In this document: positions 50,766-59,782 of the stretch, piece after piece | Position numbering within the stretch: the first letter of the stretch is position 1 | How the letters are laid out: every line of letters starts with the position of its first letter | IMG/VR virus record: IMGVR_UViG_3300021602_000008 | Location: 1,217 to 65,216 of that record | Length of the DNA: 64,000 nt | Reading direction: 5' to 3' (one strand) | Source of the DNA: a virus | Taxonomy: Duplodnaviria; Caudoviricetes | The notes under the pieces: generated by a model | Database searches by the model: none | Seen by the model: the letters and a program-made list of their open reading frames with translations, nothing else | What the model was told of the DNA's origin: nothing | Translations under genes and position numbers: made by a program

Positions 50766-51254
50766 ATGCCATTTACATTAAAAGGGATCATAGCAAATCT
50801 TGCGAATAAGGCAGGTGGTGGAATATTAGAAGGTGCTAAAGGCATTCTTCAGACATTCATTGCAGATCCTACTGAACGTGCGAAAGCGGAAGCTGAACTT
50901 GCCAAGTTGGAGATTACTCATCAAGAGACCATGCGTAGTCTTGATATCGAAGAGGAGAAAAACCGTCTTGCCGATATGGATTCTGCACGACAGATGCAGA
51001 TTGCTGCATTGAATCAGTCAGATACCTTTACAAAGCGTTACATCTATTATCTTGCATCGCTTGTCATTGGATTTGTGTTCGTTTATGATGTATGCATGTT
51101 CTTTGTTAAATACCCACAGGAGAATCGTGATATGATCAATATGGTTGCAGGTGTACTCAATTCAACTGCATTGGTAATGGTTCTTTCTTTCTTCTTTGGA
51201 AGCAGTAAATCAAGTCATGATAAGGATGATACCATAAATAGCCTTATAAAATAG
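50766..51254 (+). CDS. Holin-like membrane protein
   Basis: Follows the endolysin; D..SAR.M motif, two C-terminal hydrophobic helices, FFFGSS. Confidence 0.7.
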   Translation: MPFTLKGIIANLANKAGGGILEGAKGILQTFIADPTERAKAEAELAKLEITHQETMRSLDIEEEKNRLADMDSARQMQIAALNQSDTFTKRYIYYLASLVIGFVFVYDVCMFFVKYPQENRDMINMVAGVLNSTALVMVLSFFFGSSKSSHDKDDTINSLIK

Positions 51255-51272
51255 GCAAAACGTAAATAGGTT

Positions 51273-51629
51273 ATGTTGTTGCAACCCAATGTACCGAAGA
51301 AGAGTCGATCACAGATCAATGTCATCAATGTAGATCGGACCGCAAATGCATCCGATAGGTTCATTGATGAACAGGGTAATGTATGGTGTGGAACTCAGTT
51401 TGGAACATTGGTGATTCCTGCACTTGCAAGTGATATTTACAGCAATACGGCTCCTTATAGCGTAGATGAACGCCTTAAAGGTCTTTCTTCATCTTCAGCA
51501 TCGATAGTTTTGGATATAGCGGCATTACAAGCAGAAGACATATATTTACAGAATCAGATTAATGCATTGTCAGGTGGAGCAGATCTAACTGCAAAAATAA
51601 GAACCATTAATACCCTTGGTGTACTATGA
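51273..51629 (+). CDS. Hypothetical fibre-associated protein
   Basis: 118 aa with a C-terminal coiled coil (LQNQIN); ATGA overlap with the next fibre gene. Confidence 0.55.
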   Translation: MLLQPNVPKKSRSQINVINVDRTANASDRFIDEQGNVWCGTQFGTLVIPALASDIYSNTAPYSVDERLKGLSSSSASIVLDIAALQAEDIYLQNQINALSGGADLTAKIRTINTLGVL

Positions 51630-54600
51630 TATTGGATCTTACCACATCATCAATTGAAGCGTTGCTCTCAGGTGCAGTTGTTACTGAATTGAAGGTTACA
51701 TCAACTTATGTTGATATTACACCTACTACTAATCAGGCATATGCCCAACAGACATCTACAAATAGTGTAACTGCCGTAACTATTCTTGCCCCTCCAATTA
51801 CAAGTGTTCAGAGACAATTGAAGGAAATATCAGTATTAAATCCCAATGTTGCTCCTGTAACAATTACGATTCAACGTAATGATTTAGCGACCATCACTCC
51901 ACTTGTAACAGTTACATTACTCACAAATTACACACTCACCTATACTGACATTAATACTTGGAAGACTACTGATGTCAATGGTGCTATGGTCGGTGTTGGT
52001 TCTGCGGGTGCTCCGGGAACTCCAGGTTCAATATGGAGAGATGGTACAGGCGTACCTGCAATTGGATTGGGAATTGACGGAGACTATTACCTTGATGACG
52101 CAACAGGTGATGTTTATTACAAATCGGTAGGCATATATTCTATAGTTGCAAATATCCAAGGAACTCCCGGTGTTGTGGGTTCTGTTTGGTATAATGGTGC
52201 AGGAGTACCCGCTATTGGATTAGGTGTCAATGGAGATTATTACCTCAATGACACCAATGGAGATGTTTATCAGAAGATAACAGGTACATGGACATTGATA
52301 GGCAACATACAAGGACCTGCAGGTACTAACGGTACTAACGGTACCAATGGTACTAACGGCACTAACGGAACGAATGGAACGAATGGTACAAATGGTGCTC
52401 CTGGATCTGTATGGTACAATGGTATAGGAATTCCTGCTATAGGTCTTGGTATTGATGGTGATTACTATCTCAACAATACAAATGATGATGTTTATTTCAA
52501 GGCAGGTGGAATATGGAGTGTTGTTGTCAATATAAAAGGTAGTGCAGGAACAAATGGAACCAACGGTACTAATGGCACTAATGGCACTAATGGTACAAAT
52601 GGAGCCCCAGGCTCAATGTGGTATGAGGGTGTTGGAGTTCCAGGTATGGGACCATGGATTAATGGCGACTACTATTTAAACACAACCAATGGCGATGTCT
52701 ATACGATGATTGCAGGGGTGTGGACGTTGGTAGGAAACATAAAGGGAGCTAATGGTACAAACGGAACCAACGGAACCAATGGAACTAATGGTACTAATGG
52801 AACGAATGGAGTTGTTCCAATAGCGACGGGTGCGGGAACGGTTAACGCAATTACTGCGGTTTATTCTCCTGTACTTACTCTTACAGATAAGGTAATGTGT
52901 GCTGTTGTTACTTCGGGAACAAATACCACAACAACGCCAACATTCTCTCCTGACGGACTTACTGCACATACAATAGTTAGGTCAACGGGAGTACCTGTTT
53001 TTTTAGGAGACATTCCACAGGTAGCAATTTTAGAATATGATTTAGCCTCAACATCATGGGTACTGACAAATCCATACGCATCACTTGTTCCGACATTAAC
53101 GCAAAATGGATGGATTGGTATGACCTTCGATGTGATTGATGCGGTGGTAACTTCTGCGGCAGGTGTTGTTACGCTGACTTTTCAGAAATTAGGTGGTGGT
53201 GATGTGCGTGTATTATTTTCAACAGGGATTACCACAATAGATTGCACCCCTGCGTTAACCATTGCATTAACGGCAGGTACAGATACCGTTCCTCAAGCCA
53301 ATTATGTTTATGTCTTGAAATCTGCACCAACTGTCTTGACATTATCAACAACAGGATTTCCAACTGGTGTGGAGTATTTACAGATCGGACATATGTTAGT
53401 TCCAACGGCATCACGAGTTGCGACTTATGGCGTTTATCAGGAACACATTTATAAAAATGATATTTGGGATGGAGCAAGTGATGGTCATATCGTTGACATT
53501 AACGATTGGATTAGATCACAAAATGCGACATGGGTTAGCGGAACATTGCTTACTCCAACATTAACAAATGGTTCGCCTGATACATTGACCATTGCCATTT
53601 CAAGCGGTTCGGTAAGACAGATTCATGAAAAGGCATATCCTGCTTTCAATTCAGCAACGGCAGGAACTACAAATCTTACCACATTCTTTGTTGTCAACCA
53701 TCCAACGCCATATACAAGCGGAAAGGACTTATATAATTTCAAGTTAACAAGCGGAAACGTAGCGGCGACAAATAACAACAGAATATCTTGGGTGATTTGG
53801 GGTGCAATAGATCAGTATTCAAACGAATCGAAAGTATTTGTAAATCTTCCAAGTGGTTTCTATACTTCCAACGCAGCGGCAATTGCTGACGCATCACATT
53901 ACGCAAATTATAATATTCCATCTCAATACACAGGCGAAGGATTCCTGATTGCTAAATTAACGTACACATACAATTCGGGTGGACAACATCTCACATTAGT
54001 TGAGGCAGTTGATTTACGAGGACAAATTCCATCAATTTTTGCAGGTGGAGCGACATTACCACCTACGATATTTCCTGATAGTACATTTGCCGTTGAAAAT
54101 GTTGTTGATCCGACAAAAGAAGTTCACTTTGATATTAGCGGAAATACTACTGCGGTGATTTCGACCATTGAAACCACTGATACTGCCAATCATACTCATA
54201 CGCTTCCAAACGCAACAGGAACAATTATACAGACGAGCGATTCATTGACCATTACCAATTCAATGATTGCAAATACTACGATTGGTCTTACCACGAAAGT
54301 TACGGGGGTGTTGCCACTTGCAAATTCAAGTGATATTTATTTTACTATTCCATTTTTCAATACAACAGTTTATAATCCTACGGATGGACAAGTAATATAT
54401 GTAGGTAATACTGGACTTGCTCAAGGGGTTATTGGAAGAGCAATAGTGGGAATAGCATTTGATGGAACACTTGTTGGAGCATCATTGACAAGTGTAACTC
54501 AATCTACTTTAGGTTCGGCAGAAGATACAGTTGCCGCCTTTATGCTAAATGGAGGTGTAAGTTTTACAAATATTTTTACCACAGTTAGAAATAATGCTTT

Positions 54601-54742
54601 CGCACTTACTTATACAAGTAATTCTTTGAATGTTAATGTAAGTGCTGGTGATACGTTTGGAATAAGATTAACTCACCCAAGTTGGGCAACAAATCCTGTA
54701 AACGTATTGATTAGCGGACATTTAATCTTCAAACGTAGGTAA
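51626..54742 (+). CDS. Long tail fibre with collagen-like (GTN)n segments
   Basis: 1038 aa; four W..G.GVP...GDYYL....DVY modules, three (GTN)6-8 runs, HTHTLPNATGT motif, Thr-rich beta C-terminal domain. Confidence 0.8.
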   Translation: MILDLTTSSIEALLSGAVVTELKVTSTYVDITPTTNQAYAQQTSTNSVTAVTILAPPITSVQRQLKEISVLNPNVAPVTITIQRNDLATITPLVTVTLLTNYTLTYTDINTWKTTDVNGAMVGVGSAGAPGTPGSIWRDGTGVPAIGLGIDGDYYLDDATGDVYYKSVGIYSIVANIQGTPGVVGSVWYNGAGVPAIGLGVNGDYYLNDTNGDVYQKITGTWTLIGNIQGPAGTNGTNGTNGTNGTNGTNGTNGTNGAPGSVWYNGIGIPAIGLGIDGDYYLNNTNDDVYFKAGGIWSVVVNIKGSAGTNGTNGTNGTNGTNGTNGAPGSMWYEGVGVPGMGPWINGDYYLNTTNGDVYTMIAGVWTLVGNIKGANGTNGTNGTNGTNGTNGTNGVVPIATGAGTVNAITAVYSPVLTLTDKVMCAVVTSGTNTTTTPTFSPDGLTAHTIVRSTGVPVFLGDIPQVAILEYDLASTSWVLTNPYASLVPTLTQNGWIGMTFDVIDAVVTSAAGVVTLTFQKLGGGDVRVLFSTGITTIDCTPALTIALTAGTDTVPQANYVYVLKSAPTVLTLSTTGFPTGVEYLQIGHMLVPTASRVATYGVYQEHIYKNDIWDGASDGHIVDINDWIRSQNATWVSGTLLTPTLTNGSPDTLTIAISSGSVRQIHEKAYPAFNSATAGTTNLTTFFVVNHPTPYTSGKDLYNFKLTSGNVAATNNNRISWVIWGAIDQYSNESKVFVNLPSGFYTSNAAAIADASHYANYNIPSQYTGEGFLIAKLTYTYNSGGQHLTLVEAVDLRGQIPSIFAGGATLPPTIFPDSTFAVENVVDPTKEVHFDISGNTTAVISTIETTDTANHTHTLPNATGTIIQTSDSLTITNSMIANTTIGLTTKVTGVLPLANSSDIYFTIPFFNTTVYNPTDGQVIYVGNTGLAQGVIGRAIVGIAFDGTLVGASLTSVTQSTLGSAEDTVAAFMLNGGVSFTNIFTTVRNNAFALTYTSNSLNVNVSAGDTFGIRLTHPSWATNPVNVLISGHLIFKRR
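52322..52807 (+). repeat. Three Gly-Thr-Asn collagen-like tandem arrays
   Basis: GTN x8 at 52322-52393, GTN x6 at 52547-52600, GAN+GTN x6 at 52745-52807. Confidence 0.9.
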
Positions 54743-54774
54743 GTAGAATGGTCGCACAATAAATAAAAACAAAT

Positions 54775-55158
54775 ATGGAACAATTAGCATTGAAATTACT
54801 GAAAATCCAATGTCAGATCAGAATCTTTCATTGGATGGCAAAACCTGAACCAAAGCATCGTGCATTGGGAAGTTATTATGACTCTATTGATGATCTTACA
54901 GATCGATTGATCGAGAATGTTTCCGGATCACGCGGAGAACTTTTGAAACTTCCAAAGATGGAAGGATTCACATTGGCAAATTTGGGGGATAATGCATCAT
55001 TGGTGAAGTATCTCAAAGACATCAACATTTATATGTTGGATGGTTTTTGGAAAGATGCAGGGCTCAAGAAAGATGAGCATGAGGAGATATTCAATATTGT
55101 ACAGGAGTACATGGGTGCAACTAATAAGTTGCTTTACTTATTGCTTCTTGGAGAATAA
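54775..55158 (+). CDS. Ferritin/Dps-like four-helix protein (DUF5856-like)
   Basis: FHW...H.ALG.YYD.IDDL.D.LIE motif and C-terminal NKLLYLL. Confidence 0.7.
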   Translation: MEQLALKLLKIQCQIRIFHWMAKPEPKHRALGSYYDSIDDLTDRLIENVSGSRGELLKLPKMEGFTLANLGDNASLVKYLKDINIYMLDGFWKDAGLKKDEHEEIFNIVQEYMGATNKLLYLLLLGE

Positions 55159-55254
55159 TCAACATTGTTATGTCACAATTTTCATTTAGAATGTGATATA
55201 AATTCAAATACATTTGTAAAGTCGTTTTGCCATTCTTATTTCCAGTAAGAAAAA

Positions 55255-55306
55255 AAAAGGTCTGCCCAAAGGAGTTCGTAGTTGTCTCCATTTGGGCATT
55301 CCTTTT
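55255..55306. terminator. Probable bidirectional intrinsic terminator between converging modules
   Basis: Stem aaaagg-tc-tgcccaaa-ggag / ctcc-a-tttgggca-tt-cctttt, with an A9 run on the left and a T-rich run on the right. Confidence 0.7.
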
Positions 55307-55330
55307 CTCAAACCACACTAAAACAAAACA

Positions 55331-55555
55331 CTATTCTTTCGATTCCGTAAACTCCTTACATATAGGACAGTTCGGATCCATGCATCTTTCCAAATCATCT
55401 TTTGAAATACACTTGATGATTCGTGTGTAACGCAATTCATTTAATTCTCTTTCATCGTATTCCTGTTCCATTTCAAGAATACGTTCACGTTCCCGTTCTT
55501 CATTGGCACGCTCGAAATAACCATTGTCTTCCATATATTTTTTAATTAGTGACAT
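55331..55555 (-). CDS. Small hypothetical protein with C-terminal C..P.CP.C motif
   Basis: 74 aa, charged helix plus CMDPNCPIC. Confidence 0.55.
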   Translation of the reverse strand: MSLIKKYMEDNGYFERANEERERERILEMEQEYDERELNELRYTRIIKCISKDDLERCMDPNCPICKEFTESKE

Positions 55556-56072
55556 GTTTTTTCTTTTTCTTGTTTTCTATTTTCACTCTTTTCTGCGATC
55601 GGATTATCGTCATGAAATCCTTTAATGAAAAATAATCCTTCTCCTTGAAACCGCTTTCGAAAAGCAGATAGTTATTTATGGATTCTATCTGTTTGCGGAT
55701 ATTTACATCAGTATCAATTAAATTCTGTATGATATCCAATGAATGGCATACTGTTGCATGGTGCTGATTGAATTCAATACCAATCTGTATTACCGACATG
55801 AACTTACCCTTTCGGGTAATGTTCATTTTACGGTAAATCTCAGCAAACTTATGCATGTCCTGTTCATAAACAAGGTGCATGTGATTGGATAAATACATAT
55901 ACATGAAATACATTATTGCTTGCCTTGGCAATGTAATCTCACGCTTACGGGACTTTCTCATCAGTTGATGATGTCCAACATTGAATTGCTTACATACCTC
56001 AACGATGATCATGCCAACTGTGACTGAATTATACCGATGTATTCCAGGATAGGCGTAAGCCGATATATTCAT
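55542..56072 (-). CDS. DnaA C-terminal (domain IV) HTH DNA-binding protein
   Basis: IIVEVC..FNV....L..KSRKREI..PRQ..MY...IG..F...HATV.HS matches DnaA domain IV; start probably ATG 56072 rather than 56147. Confidence 0.75.
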   Translation of the reverse strand: MNISAYAYPGIHRYNSVTVGMIIVEVCKQFNVGHHQLMRKSRKREITLPRQAIMYFMYMYLSNHMHLVYEQDMHKFAEIYRKMNITRKGKFMSVIQIGIEFNQHHATVCHSLDIIQNLIDTDVNIRKQIESINNYLLFESGFKEKDYFSLKDFMTIIRSQKRVKIENKKKKKHVTN

Positions 56073-56080
56073 TTTTGTTT

Positions 56081-56875
56081 TCACACTTCCTCGATTGGCT
56101 TGTATTGGATGAACTGCTTGCATGTTCCATTTTCTTTTAGTGGACAATTCTTACATTTTTCATAGGAAGGATTGGCATTCCATCCATTCTCATTGTAGAA
56201 CGTGATAATCTCCACTGCCTTGCGGACGCTCTCTGTGAACTCAGCTTTGTTGATAGGTTCAATTCGTTTGCGTATGACCTTCAGATTCATCTCAGGTGCA
56301 TAATCAAACACCAAGTAATAGAATGGGAGATCAATGCCATATTTCTCCTTGTAAAGCCAATTATACATGTACGCCTGTGTGTGATCCATATTGAATGGAA
56401 AGGCCCATGAGAAATCACCATATTGCGAATAGATGCTTCCTGTCATCTTCAGATCAACAATTGCATCACCAACAACACCTTCGTTATCGCGGATTGTACC
56501 GGTGAAATCAAGTGTACCGAATAATGTCACTTCCTCATTCCATTTTGCTTCAATATACAATTGCTTTTCTTTCACTTCAATTGCATATTCTTTACATACT
56601 TCATTCTTGAAACGTAATGCCTGTTCCTGGATCCGCTTATAATCAACAGGAATGTTCTTTCCATCCTTCAGGAATGGAATTGTGGCACCATGTGCTGCAG
56701 GGATGTCAAGTGCAAGTGATTCGAAGATGATGCCCTTGTTCATGGCATCGCTTGTCTTTGTAGACAATTGTGAATCCTTGAGCATGCATTCCTTTACCTG
56801 CAATGGGCAATGTGTAGGAGCATCAGGTTTGGCAACTGTCAATTGCTTGATAAGTGTTTGATTTAGATAGATCAT
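56081..56875 (-). CDS. PD-(D/E)XK nuclease, Cas4/AddB-like
   Basis: G..D, IVDLK and Q...Y RecB-type motifs; N-terminal CP and C-terminal CKNCP.....C Fe-S staple pattern. Confidence 0.8.
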   Translation of the reverse strand: MIYLNQTLIKQLTVAKPDAPTHCPLQVKECMLKDSQLSTKTSDAMNKGIIFESLALDIPAAHGATIPFLKDGKNIPVDYKRIQEQALRFKNEVCKEYAIEVKEKQLYIEAKWNEEVTLFGTLDFTGTIRDNEGVVGDAIVDLKMTGSIYSQYGDFSWAFPFNMDHTQAYMYNWLYKEKYGIDLPFYYLVFDYAPEMNLKVIRKRIEPINKAEFTESVRKAVEIITFYNENGWNANPSYEKCKNCPLKENGTCKQFIQYKPIEEV

Positions 56876-56879
56876 AATT

Positions 56880-57956
56880 TTAGATAATTTCTGATATATT
56901 TAGATAATTTCTGATATATTGGTTATTTGATTGTCCAAATCTGAATATGAATTCAGAAATGTCATTACAAGAATCATTAATGCTTGATATTAACTTTGGT
57001 TTGATGCCATAATTATCATGAAGAATGTTGGCATATTTCGCACCTGTCTTGTCATTGTCATACAATGACACGAATGTGCAATCTTCACCGAATGTCTCCT
57101 TTAGCATTAGCCATTGTTCGGAAGAAAGATGTGAACTTTCAGAACTCAATGCTATGGCATATAATCCGAAGTTTGAATGCACGCACATCGCATCCTTTTG
57201 TCCTGCACAGATCACCACAGTTTTCATTCCTGTTACATCAAATGTATCTTTAATGAGTTCAGAGTTTATGTTGGTGATGCCAAAAATGCTTTCCCTTCCG
57301 ACATTCCCGAAATGCTTCAGTCCATTTTTGGGTTGATTTGGACGATAGAAACGTACAACCTGTATTGATGAGTGTTTCCGGAATCCATAATCATACATGA
57401 ACAATGGCTGATCATCATTCCATGGAACAAAGATGTTATTGCCTTGCTTGGAAATGAACTGCACATCCTTCACTGCACGGACAGGATAATAATTCAATGT
57501 GTACTTGTTGATTCCATAGTGTGAATAGTAACGCGAGAGCAGTTCAATCTCATTGATCTTGGTATTATCAAAATAACTGAAATTGAATTCTGTTTTCTCA
57601 ATTGACTCTTCAATGAGATCAACTTTTTTCTTTCGAAACATCAATGATGAAATATCAGTACCTTTTTGTCCAATATTGAAATCATTCGCTATGCGTTGCA
57701 ATGCCTCAACAAATGAGATATTATACATACGCATTACAAAATCAAAACAATCACCACTTTCAACTGCAAAATCCTTATACATCACTTGTCCTGATGGAGA
57801 TTTGTATATGTTGAAACTTGGATGCTTGTCACGTTCACGCAATGGAGACTTCATCACCTTTCCCAATTTAATCGGTTTGCCGATATAATGGGAAAAGATA
57901 TCCCTGGGAGTTATCTCCGCAAGGATACCTTCTTTTGTAATTCTATTACTCTTCAT
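56880..57956 (-). CDS. dnaG: DnaG-type primase (TOPRIM)
   Basis: SPLR.RD.HPSF...YKDF...GDCF.FV N-terminal domain, Y.P motif, GQKDA and YDND.TG TOPRIM motifs, DISE; start probably ATG 57956. Confidence 0.8.
   Translation of the reverse strand: MKSNRITKEGILAEITPRDIFSHYIGKPIKLGKVMKSPLRERDKHPSFNIYKSPSGQVMYKDFAVESGDCFDFVMRMYNISFVEALQRIANDFNIGQKGTDISSLMFRKKKVDLIEESIEKTEFNFSYFDNTKINEIELLSRYYSHYGINKYTLNYYPVRAVKDVQFISKQGNNIFVPWNDDQPLFMYDYGFRKHSSIQVVRFYRPNQPKNGLKHFGNVGRESIFGITNINSELIKDTFDVTGMKTVVICAGQKDAMCVHSNFGLYAIALSSESSHLSSEQWLMLKETFGEDCTFVSLYDNDKTGAKYANILHDNYGIKPKLISSINDSCNDISEFIFRFGQSNNQYIRNYLNISEII
56881..56920. repeat. Perfect 20-bp tandem duplication
   Basis: TAGATAATTTCTGATATATT occurs twice in tandem at the primase 3' end. 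Confidence 0.9.
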
Positions 57957-59757
57957 ATACAATTGAATTGTTAATGCACTTTCCATAAAGAAACTTATTG
58001 TCCTTAAAGAATACGGTTTGTTTGTTTTTTGCAAACCTCATCATTGCCGGACCACGTACATTGGAACAGATCGTCATGATATATGCCTTTGGATCATACT
58101 TATGAACGGTGTCATCACCATCACTTATTACCATTGAAGGAATACCTGTTTGGGCAATGTGATCGATGACATTATCAATTGAGGTACCACCACCATATGA
58201 CATCCATGCTATTTTATTACGATCAACCTTTTCAACCTCATTGTCAAAACCATAAACATCATTGAGGACATTCATGGTCTTCATCTTGAATGCAAGAATC
58301 TTTGCCAAAGTCATTCGATTCATGTATTGTGAATTACCATCCTCGTCCTGACCAAGATAAATGTTACCTGACATACTTCCTGATATATCAATGTAGAGAT
58401 TATACTTCATTGAATGTTCAGCAACCATCACATCCATATCATCAACAAGTTCAAGGGTATTGAGTAAGTGTGCATCAGGGATATCGATCATATCATCACT
58501 ATCAAGAAAACTTTCTTGTTTCATGTATTGACATCCACGAAGGGAAGTCTTCATGTTCTTGATGCTTTTATTGATGAATTTCTCAATAAGCCTCTTGTTT
58601 ACATTGACTTTTCCCATTTGATTCACCATGTCTTCAAATTCCTCTACCTTTTCTTCAGATCCAAGTCCTGCAAGTGAAGAACCAAACATTTCAGCAGCCT
58701 TTTGTTTGTCATTGATTTCGGATATCGCCTTATCAAAAGCTTCTTTTTTGTTTTTTGAAAGCTGCTTTCCATTACCTTGATTGCCTTCTTGTTCACTTGG
58801 ATTTCCATCTTCCCCTTCACCAGGTTGTTCATCAGGGTTACCATTACCGGGAATCTGTGTATTCCATGAACGATTTTTATTGTTTCCCAAGCCATCGCCT
58901 TCTTTTTCTCCTTCTTCTTTTTCACAATCAGAATTCTCAAAATCAAAGATGTTGGCAAGAAGGTTTATGATGGCATGTTTTGCAATAACCATACTTTGAA
59001 GATAGGATTCATTGCATAACATCTTGAGCATGTAATTATCATTCTCTGAAAGGATATCAAACCACCAATGTTTATCATTTGCAATTTCAAACTTGAGGTT
59101 TTTGCAATTGAAATTCTTGAATATATCCACAAGCATCATATCAAATTCCTTTTTCGTTACAAGATCTGTTTTCAATACAAGGAATGACTTAATGCATTTG
59201 ATGAAATATTGGGTTGTTGAATAATTATATTTGCTATTTAAAGAACCGACAAAATAATTATATGTTGCCATGAGTTGATGATGACTCATTTCTGATATTT
59301 CAACATCATTAAATTCATCTTCATCAGTATTAAATCCATATTTACCTATTGTTCCTGTAGCATTCCAATCAGAACTCTCAATATCACCAATAAGATAATC
59401 ATACAACTTGTCGATCAATCTAACTTCCGTATCAGCTTCAATATGTGGACGTACAATGCTATCCTCATTATTCTTTGCATTCCACCATGATCCGAATTTA
59501 CGATTATCGGATTTTATTGAATAACTTGAACCATAAGAAGGATAACGATCCCATGCATCCTGTGAATGATATCCACGTGTAAAATCATCTTCCATCTCAA
59601 CTTCTGAATCAAACCAATCAAGAAGTCTTTTATTGCTTTGTTTCTTGCTTTCGCATGCCTGCTTACGAAGGTTTTCACGATGCAAGTCCTCTGAAGAGAG
59701 GAATCTTGCATCATGAACTTGCCCATCGTCAAACAGGTTTCCCTGTATTATACCCAT
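57946..59757 (-). CDS. vWA-domain protein (ViaA/CoxE-like)
   Basis: MIDAS motif DISGSM, GGGT and ISDG; acidic G/E/N-rich linker. Confidence 0.8.
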   Translation of the reverse strand: MGIIQGNLFDDGQVHDARFLSSEDLHRENLRKQACESKKQSNKRLLDWFDSEVEMEDDFTRGYHSQDAWDRYPSYGSSYSIKSDNRKFGSWWNAKNNEDSIVRPHIEADTEVRLIDKLYDYLIGDIESSDWNATGTIGKYGFNTDEDEFNDVEISEMSHHQLMATYNYFVGSLNSKYNYSTTQYFIKCIKSFLVLKTDLVTKKEFDMMLVDIFKNFNCKNLKFEIANDKHWWFDILSENDNYMLKMLCNESYLQSMVIAKHAIINLLANIFDFENSDCEKEEGEKEGDGLGNNKNRSWNTQIPGNGNPDEQPGEGEDGNPSEQEGNQGNGKQLSKNKKEAFDKAISEINDKQKAAEMFGSSLAGLGSEEKVEEFEDMVNQMGKVNVNKRLIEKFINKSIKNMKTSLRGCQYMKQESFLDSDDMIDIPDAHLLNTLELVDDMDVMVAEHSMKYNLYIDISGSMSGNIYLGQDEDGNSQYMNRMTLAKILAFKMKTMNVLNDVYGFDNEVEKVDRNKIAWMSYGGGTSIDNVIDHIAQTGIPSMVISDGDDTVHKYDPKAYIMTICSNVRGPAMMRFAKNKQTVFFKDNKFLYGKCINNSIVYEE

Positions 59758-59782
59758 TGTGTTTTACGGTTTTAATGTTGGA

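Noticed and set aside
49176-54742. Diversity-generating retroelement acting on the fibres
   Set aside because: No reverse transcriptase and no template/variable repeat pair differing at adenines was seen in the window.
81-54742. Many short alternative-frame and antisense ORFs from the six-frame track
   Set aside because: They lie within long genes with recognisable motifs and have no motifs of their own; treated as shadow ORFs.
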